From: an uncultured archaeon
Lineage (GTDB): Archaea; Asgardarchaeota; Jordiarchaeia; Jordiarchaeales; Jordiarchaeaceae
Assembly (NCBI GenBank): GCA_964510585.1
Contig: CAZECW010000081.1
Location: 1 to 7,643 of the forward strand
Length of the DNA stretch: 7,643 nt
Direction: 5' to 3'
A program made the position numbers and the translations under genes. Shown piece after piece: positions 1-5,240 of this stretch. Within the stretch, counting starts at the first letter, position 1, and every line of letters begins with the position of its first letter. The notes beneath the pieces are model-generated. The model worked only from the letters and a program-made list of their open reading frames with translations. It ran no database searches and was not told the DNA's origin.

Positions 1-75
1 TGGTGTGGATGCTTTTCTAACCCTTCTCTCAGGAGGTTTGTAGTCAACCTCGATGAGCACACATCTATTTTTCAA
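1..75 (-). CDS. 5' end of a probable divergent gene running off the left edge (MKNRCVLIEVDYKPPERRVRKASTP...), product unknown
   Basis: Open frame of 25 codons from TTG at 75 to the window edge; SD-like GGTGA at 83-79; TATA-like TTATAAT at 107-101 preceded by AAAGG on the minus strand. Too short to recognise a family. Confidence 0.35.
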   Translation of the reverse strand, partial: MKNRCVLIEVDYKPPERRVRKASTP

Positions 76-160
76 AATTCACCAGTTTTAATGTTAAGCA
101 ATTATAACCTTTAAGCTATCACGCTAAGCCCGAAAATGTCGCAACAGGGCACCCAATACT

Positions 161-174
161 AAAAGTTTTTATAT
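161..174 (+). promoter_or_regulatory. Archaeal BRE-TATA promoter candidate for the GTPase gene
   Basis: AAAAG-TTTTTATAT matches the archaeal purine-rich BRE plus TATA box layout, about 85 nt upstream of the GTG start. Confidence 0.4.
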
Positions 175-257
175 CCCTGTTATAATGTATTAAACAACGA
201 CAATGCAATAATTTATTTCGAATAACTATTCTTATAAATTTTTAAAGGGAAAAAAAT

Positions 258-1169
258 GTGATATATGGACTGCTAATATTTGACAGGAACGGAAAAAATT
301 TCTTCCAAAAGTTCTACGGAGTCGGCAAAGCAATTGTGGATCAAAAACTCGTACGCCAATTTGCAAAAGACCTCATAATCCTCACATATAGTCTTAACCA
401 GAACGAGAGAATCGAGTCTCTAAACCTGGAAAAGCTGAAATTCTTCTACTACCTCTCCAAAGAATTGGTGTCTGTCCTGTGCACTGATCAAAATGAAGAC
501 CAAAAGTATGTTAACGATAAACTTCTCCAAGTGCACCAAGAATTCATTAAACTTTTCAATAGTCTACCCTTAGATGAAAGTAAACTGGAGATGGAGCCTG
601 GAGCTGATAGCCATCCATTGAAGGTGTTTGAGAAGAATGTGGACAAGATTCTCTTCCCCTACCTTAAAACTGCTATACTTGGAGAGGGTGGAGTTGGAAA
701 AACAACACTCCTAAAACTCATCATGGGCCAAAACACGAGTTCCACCTACATTCCAACTGTAGGAGTAGACATTAAAGAGTTTGACGAGACGCAAAACATG
801 AATCTCGTTCTCTGGGACTTTTCAGGCCAGCCACGTTTCAGAAAACTCTGGAGCAGCTTCCTTGAGGGAACAGACATCGTCATCCTAGTCACAGATTCCA
901 CACCCAAAAACGTAGAAGAAACAAAAAGAATGTACCAACTACTCAAAGAGGAAAAACCAGAACTAAACTTCATACTCATCGCCAACAAACAAGACCTACC
1001 AAACGCAACCCCACCCAAAGTAATAGAAAAGTACATTGGACTAAAAACGCACGGACTAGTTGCAATCGATCCAAACTACAGAACAAAAATACTAGAAATA
1101 ATCAAAGAAAAAGTAGCAGAAATCACAAAAGCCAAATCAAAAATATCCCTACCCACCAACAAAGAATAA
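258..1169 (+). CDS. Longin-domain / Arf-Arl-like small GTPase fusion protein (303 aa)
   Basis: aa142-149 GEGGVGKT (G1), YIPTVG with T167 (G2), WDFSGQPRFRKLW (G3, Gln retained), ANKQD (G4), degenerate G5 (LVAID). aa1-133 has the longin pattern b-b-a-b-b-b-a-a and opens MIYGLLIFDRNGKNFFQKFY, resembling adaptor-complex sigma subunit N-termini. GTG start. Confidence 0.85.
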   Translation: MIYGLLIFDRNGKNFFQKFYGVGKAIVDQKLVRQFAKDLIILTYSLNQNERIESLNLEKLKFFYYLSKELVSVLCTDQNEDQKYVNDKLLQVHQEFIKLFNSLPLDESKLEMEPGADSHPLKVFEKNVDKILFPYLKTAILGEGGVGKTTLLKLIMGQNTSSTYIPTVGVDIKEFDETQNMNLVLWDFSGQPRFRKLWSSFLEGTDIVILVTDSTPKNVEETKRMYQLLKEEKPELNFILIANKQDLPNATPPKVIEKYIGLKTHGLVAIDPNYRTKILEIIKEKVAEITKAKSKISLPTNKE

Positions 1170-1240
1170 AAAACAAGCACAAAACAATCCACAACCAACC
1201 AGTCCCAAAGACTAAAACAGCCACCCTCACCAAAAAACTT
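1166..1240 (-). terminator. Oligo-T tracts, candidate archaeal terminator(s) for the ATPase gene
   Basis: Minus strand has T6 tracts at 1237-1232 and 1173-1168 in a T/G-rich stretch downstream of the stop at 1290. Confidence 0.3.
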
Positions 1241-1289
1241 GGGAACCTCCCTCCAAATAGTCCAGACACTCACATGACTGGTTTCGGGT

Positions 1290-2657
1290 TTAGAAGAGGG
1301 GGTTCAGTTTCAGTGTGGGGTAGCCTTGCGAATAATCTACTTCTATAACGTGGATTCTACTTCTCGGCTTTAGAGATTGGAATAGGAATACTCCTCCCCT
1401 CTCCTCAATCCTGAAGTGGTAATCCGCCATACTTGCGACCTTGTCAATTATTTCTGTTCCATGTTTGACCACCCAAACTGCTAACAATTTTTTGTTCTGA
1501 GTTTCAAACTTTGCCTGTTCCAGAATAGGAATTAGGCGATTTCCATACCTGTTAAGGAGGGAATCCACACCCCACAATACACCGCAACCCTCTGGCTCAA
1601 CCTTCCTAATTGTTTCCCTATAGCTCTGGAGAAATTCTTGTGCAATTTCAGACCTTGTTTTTCCCTCCATCACTCCCTCCTTGATTACTATTGCCTTCTT
1701 CGCGTTCTCCTCCCCAATAAACTGGAGAAAATAGGAGTATACTTGTTCCATGCTCACTCCAAGTGAGGGGTGGCCAATTGCACCCTTTCCTTTAGAAAGG
1801 AAATTAGTTGCAGTCAGCATCACAAAGTAAATGTAGGCTTCCTTCACAACATTTTTACCTACTTCCAAAAGTATCGTTGAGCCTTTTTCGTATCCCCCTC
1901 CCAAAATATTATCAAGGTCTCTGATTCCGCTGGAGAACCTTGTTTCAGAGTCGGGCAAAGGCTCAAACCTCCTCCTTTCCCTAGGAGGCTGAATTTCAAA
2001 AGGCTCAAAGTGCTTGAAAACCCCACCATCAAGCGTGAAAATGTAGGAGAATTTTTTACATTGGGCCCCCCTCAGCTTACCAATTTGCATAATTCTCAGC
2101 TGTTCACCATCCAAAAACTCCCTCCTCAGAAGCACAACTCCATCCACCAAATAGTCCAGACCCCTCTCATCCTCATACTCACTAACAAAAATCATCCTTA
2201 AACCCATTTCCCTCTGAAAATCTAAGAGATCAACATAAATTCTCTCAGCCGTCGCCTCCTGAATACCCTCAATAGAGTCAAAAACAATAAGTGCATTCTC
2301 CCTCCCCCTTAAAAGCTCATAAAGTTCACCAATAAAAGACGGCTTATCCGAATACCTAATGAAACCGAAATCTTTCTCAGCCTCCCTCAACGTGGCCCTA
2401 GAGAAAATAGACTTCGAAGCATCAACAATATGATCCACTGGAACAGAGTCCCCAATCCAAGGATAATCCTCAACCAGATCCCGCGGCTTAATCCTAGTGG
2501 TAACATAGAAACCATGCAAGCCGCCCAGCATCCTCAAAATTGAGAGGGCTAGAATTGTTTTCCCGGTACCCGGCAACCCCTTAATCAGCAGGGAAACACT
2601 AGGAGACTTAAGAAAAACTTCCAACTCTCCAGGAATCGAAATCCCACCATAAACCAT
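1290..2657 (-). CDS. KaiC/RAD55-superfamily ATPase with two RecA-like domains, GvpD-like P-loop family (455 aa); N-domain intact, C-domain degenerate
   Basis: Walker A GLPGTGKT, Walker B LIVFDS, DYLVDGVVLL and KLRG motifs in domain 1. RFSSGIRDLDNILGGG is the typical KaiC/RAD55 domain opening, but is followed by LEVGKNV instead of a Walker A. GGTGG SD upstream of the ATG at 2657. Confidence 0.8.
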   Translation of the reverse strand: MVYGGISIPGELEVFLKSPSVSLLIKGLPGTGKTILALSILRMLGGLHGFYVTTRIKPRDLVEDYPWIGDSVPVDHIVDASKSIFSRATLREAEKDFGFIRYSDKPSFIGELYELLRGRENALIVFDSIEGIQEATAERIYVDLLDFQREMGLRMIFVSEYEDERGLDYLVDGVVLLRREFLDGEQLRIMQIGKLRGAQCKKFSYIFTLDGGVFKHFEPFEIQPPRERRRFEPLPDSETRFSSGIRDLDNILGGGYEKGSTILLEVGKNVVKEAYIYFVMLTATNFLSKGKGAIGHPSLGVSMEQVYSYFLQFIGEENAKKAIVIKEGVMEGKTRSEIAQEFLQSYRETIRKVEPEGCGVLWGVDSLLNRYGNRLIPILEQAKFETQNKKLLAVWVVKHGTEIIDKVASMADYHFRIEERGGVFLFQSLKPRSRIHVIEVDYSQGYPTLKLNPLF

Positions 2658-2708
2658 AAAGCCACCACACCTAACAATACAATATGTTAACTATGAAAAA
2701 TAGATTAT

Positions 2709-2727
2709 CTATATATATTTTTTTTCG
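2709..2727 (-). promoter_or_regulatory. BRE-TATA promoter candidate for the KaiC-like ATPase
   Basis: Minus strand CGAAAAAAAA-TATATATAG, about 52 nt upstream of the ATG. Confidence 0.45.
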
Positions 2728-2993
2728 CTACACTGAGCAGCAAGGTTAACCTAGCTTCACTTGTTATGGGCTGATTCATGTTTTGCAAAAGTATTTACTG
2801 GTTTAAGCTCAAAATCGGCGTCTAAAATTGATTAAAATTTCATTTTAAAGTCAGAAGTCCGGGAATGTCAAAAAGGCACTATCCCACAATTAGAGTCTCC
2901 GAGGTGACTGCGCCGCATTCAGAAGGGTAGAGTGTTAAAAATTTGGGGGAAGGTAAACCTAAAAAAGATTTTGAGGAGTTATCGCTGGGAGGG

Positions 2994-3062
2994 TCATGTT
3001 TTTAAACAATATTCTTTGGCACTGGTTCGTTGCGGCGACATGCCCTTGGCTTGTCTACTCAT
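2994..3062 (-). CDS. Possible small peptide MSRQAKGMSPQRTSAKEYCLKT (22 aa)
   Basis: ATG at 3062 preceded by a strong SD-like GAGGAGG (3072-3066) and a TATA-like TTTTTTAA (3100-3093); TGA at 2996-2994. No recognisable homology. Confidence 0.25.
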   Translation of the reverse strand: MSRQAKGMSPQRTSAKEYCLKT

Positions 3063-3161
3063 TTCTCCTCCTCTATTTTTTACACAAATGTGTTAAAAAA
3101 TGATTTTTTAAGCCAGCAAGAGAACAGATTCCTGCAAATAGGAGTGTTTTTTAAACATATT
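2997..3161. repeat. Two copies of a 17-bp palindromic motif: TGTTTTTAAACAATATT (2997-3013) and TGTTTTTTAAACATATT (3145-3161)
   Basis: Read directly; each copy contains TGTTT-N2/3-AAACA; copies are 148 bp apart. Confidence 0.55.
3093..3111. repeat. Perfect inverted repeat TTAAAAAA-TGA-TTTTTTAA
   Basis: 8-bp arms with a 3-nt spacer, abutting a second inverted repeat ACACA-AA-TGTGT at 3082-3093. Confidence 0.55.
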
Positions 3162-3217
3162 GGAAGGGATATGGATTAACTCCTTAACACCATATGAGTC
3201 ACTTAAACCTGTGAAAA

Positions 3218-3233
3218 CTGCATACCTGCATAC
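3218..3233. repeat. Tandem direct repeat (CTGCATAC)x2 upstream of the cysE promoter
   Basis: CTGCATAC at 3218-3225 and 3226-3233. Confidence 0.5.
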
Positions 3234-3265
3234 TTGGAGAATTTTCCGAAATTTACAATCGTTAA

Positions 3266-3275
3266 TTTTATATAT
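3266..3275 (+). promoter_or_regulatory. TATA box candidate for the cysE-cysK operon
   Basis: TTTTATATAT lies 24-33 nt upstream of GTG 3299, implying a start site near 3296-3300; palindrome GAAC-TT-GTTC at 3284-3293 lies between box and start. Confidence 0.5.
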
Positions 3276-3307
3276 TAGCAAATGAACTTGTTCTCCGAGT
3301 GGTTATA

Positions 3308-4108
3308 ATGGAAAACAAACTGGAATGCCTAATCTGTGGAAATACTCTATCCCCAAAAGAGAAAAGCGAATACTGCTCAAAATGCCTCCTAGGCTTAGAG
3401 TTCGAGCTAAAAGAAGAAGACCTAGAAAAAATAAAGCAACAGTTAAAGACAATACTTGACTCCTTCGGCTCAGACATCCGAGCAGCATTCATAAAAGACC
3501 CCGCAGCCCGAAGCCTAGTCGAAGTTCTAACCTCTTATCCCGGAATACATGCAGTTCTCCTACACCGTGTGGCACACTTCTTCTATGAAATAGGATTACC
3601 CTTCGTTCCCAGATACATCTCCCACATAGCAAGACAAATAACCGGCATAGAAATCCACCCCGGAGCCAAAATAGGAAAAGACTTCTTTATCGATCACGGT
3701 TCCGGCACCGTAATAGGAGAAACAGCTGAAATAGGCGATAACGTGACAATTTACCAAGGCGTAACTCTGGGTGGAACAAGCCTTACACCAGGAAAAAGAC
3801 ACCCCACACTGGGAAACAATGTTGTTGTAGGTGCTGGAGCCAAAATTCTTGGACCCATAAAAATTGGCGACAACGTGAAAATAGGAGCAAACTCCGTAGT
3901 CATAAGTGATGTCCCACCAAACTCGGTGGTGGTAGGAGTTCCTGGAAGAATTGTGTCAAGGGAAGGGGAGAAAATACCCACAATCGATTTGCATCATGGC
4001 GACTTACCCGATCCAATCGTTGACATGATAAAAACCATCCAGAGAAAAATTGAAAATTTAGAAAAGGAGGTCCAAAACCTAAAACAAAAAAAGGAAGGAG
4101 GAGCATGA
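3308..4108 (+). CDS. cysE: Serine O-acetyltransferase with an N-terminal C4 zinc-ribbon extension (start ATG 3308; alternative GTG 3299)
   Basis: [43 protein letters not shown] and hexapeptide repeats; C-terminal LHHGDLPDP plus coiled coil. Extra N-terminal CLIC-x12-CSKC. Confidence 0.95.
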   Translation: MENKLECLICGNTLSPKEKSEYCSKCLLGLEFELKEEDLEKIKQQLKTILDSFGSDIRAAFIKDPAARSLVEVLTSYPGIHAVLLHRVAHFFYEIGLPFVPRYISHIARQITGIEIHPGAKIGKDFFIDHGSGTVIGETAEIGDNVTIYQGVTLGGTSLTPGKRHPTLGNNVVVGAGAKILGPIKIGDNVKIGANSVVISDVPPNSVVVGVPGRIVSREGEKIPTIDLHHGDLPDPIVDMIKTIQRKIENLEKEVQNLKQKKEGGA

Positions 4109-5064
4109 AAACGGGAAGAATTTTTAACGACATCACAGAAACAATTGGAGGAACCCCACTCGTAAAACTGAGGAGACTAACCCAAAATGTCAAACCCAAC
4201 ATTCTGGCAAAACTGGAGAGCTTCAACCCCGGAAGCAGTGTAAAGGACAGAATAGCGCTATCCATGATTAAAGCGGCCGAAGAGCAAGGACTAATCAACT
4301 CCGAAACCATCATAGTGGAACCCACATCTGGAAACACAGGAATAGGTCTCGCAATGGTTTGCGCAGCTCGAGGTTATAAACTAATTCTAACCATGCCCGA
4401 ATCAATGTCGATGGAGAGGAGGAAAATCCTACAAGCCTACGGCGCCCAAATCGTTCTAACCCCCGCCTCCCAAGGAATGAAGGGAGCAATCCAGAAAGCC
4501 CAAGAAATAGCAGAAAACAATGAAAAAGTGTTTATACCACAACAGTTCCAAAACCCCGCAAATCCTGAAATACATAGAATAACCACTGCCCAAGAAATCC
4601 TTAATGACACCGAAGGCAGAGTTGACGCCCTAGTGGCAGGAGTAGGAACCGGTGGAACAATAACCGGTGTAGGAGAAGTTTTAAAACAAAAAATCGGTCC
4701 ACAAGTCAAAATCTTTGCTGTAGAACCCGAAGACTCCCCCGTTCTATCCGGAGGAAAACCCGGACCACACAAAATTCAAGGTATAGGAGCAGGTTTCATT
4801 CCACAAGTTTTGAACATAAATGTAATAGACGAAGTGGTCAGGGTGAGTTTCAAGGACGCAGTGGAAACTTCAAGGAAACTGGCGAAACTGGAAGGAATAT
4901 TCGTTGGAATATCATCCGGAGCCGCAATGTGGGCCGCACTAAAAATAGCTGAAAGGTTCGAAAAAGAACAAAACATAGTTGTAATACTACCAGACACAGG
5001 TGAAAGATATCTCTCCACTGAGCTATGGCAGTTTGAGCAACCATCAGAGCTAGAAGTCATATGA
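4105..5064 (+). CDS. cysK: Cysteine synthase A (O-acetylserine sulfhydrylase, PLP-dependent), 319 aa
   Basis: [14 protein letters not shown] (PLP lysine), [49 protein letters not shown] overlap with the cysE stop (4105-4108) and SD GGAGG at 4097-4101. Confidence 0.96.
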   Translation: MKTGRIFNDITETIGGTPLVKLRRLTQNVKPNILAKLESFNPGSSVKDRIALSMIKAAEEQGLINSETIIVEPTSGNTGIGLAMVCAARGYKLILTMPESMSMERRKILQAYGAQIVLTPASQGMKGAIQKAQEIAENNEKVFIPQQFQNPANPEIHRITTAQEILNDTEGRVDALVAGVGTGGTITGVGEVLKQKIGPQVKIFAVEPEDSPVLSGGKPGPHKIQGIGAGFIPQVLNINVIDEVVRVSFKDAVETSRKLAKLEGIFVGISSGAAMWAALKIAERFEKEQNIVVILPDTGERYLSTELWQFEQPSELEVI

Positions 5065-5240
5065 GCTAAGTTCATTGACACTCTCCACGACTTGAAGTCG
5101 GGAGATTCTTGCTTCTAAGGGTGTTCATTGGTTGGTTGTTCATTGCCCTTTTAGGCTCCCACCTCATTCCATTCCACCTCAGAAGCAGGGGGTGTGCCAC
5201 CACCCAGTTATCCCTACCCCAAGAGGGGTTTGGGATTATG
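5055..5240 (-). ncRNA. Predicted TnpB omegaRNA (reRNA): scaffold overlapping the tnpB 3' end plus a guide taken from flanking DNA; 5' boundary approximate
   Basis: Hairpins ATCCC-AA-ACCCC-TCTT-GGGGT-A-GGGAT (5236-5210) and GGGTG-N6-CACCC (5205-5190), long-range GCTTCT/AGAAGC pair (5186-5181 with 5116-5111), terminal right-end hairpin. Position follows the known ISDra2-type reRNA layout. Confidence 0.55.

Noticed and set aside
94-150. Repeated TTAAGC/CTAAGC hexamers and a weak GCCC...GGGC hairpin
   Set aside because: Short, irregularly spaced and expected by chance in AT-rich promoter DNA.
1128-1169. Lipidation signal on the GTPase
   Set aside because: No C-terminal CaaX/CC motif and no Gly2 myristoylation site.
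746-1273. Minus-strand ORFs 746-1036 and 1076-1273
   Set aside because: Antisense shadows of the GTPase gene and of the A/C-skewed spacer; no motifs or start signals.
2010-2201. Plus-strand 63-aa ORF
   Set aside because: Lies wholly antisense within the ATPase gene; composition reflects the strand skew.
1290-2657. Gas vesicle or circadian clock function for the GvpD/KaiC-like protein
   Set aside because: No gvpA/E or kaiA/B genes in the window; family resemblance alone does not give function, so no gene symbol was assigned.
2865-3096. Plus-strand short ORFs 2865-2930 (21 aa) and 2932-3096 (54 aa), and possible TAG read-through at 2928-2930
   Set aside because: No convincing SD, promoter or homology; nothing in the window supports pyrrolysine or read-through.
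3268-5081. Minus-strand ORFs overlapping cysE/cysK (3268-3492, 3303-3488, 3596-3802, 3751-3981, 3900-4337, 4437-4772, 4776-5081, 4850-5044)
   Set aside because: Antisense to clearly conserved enzymes; no independent coding signal.
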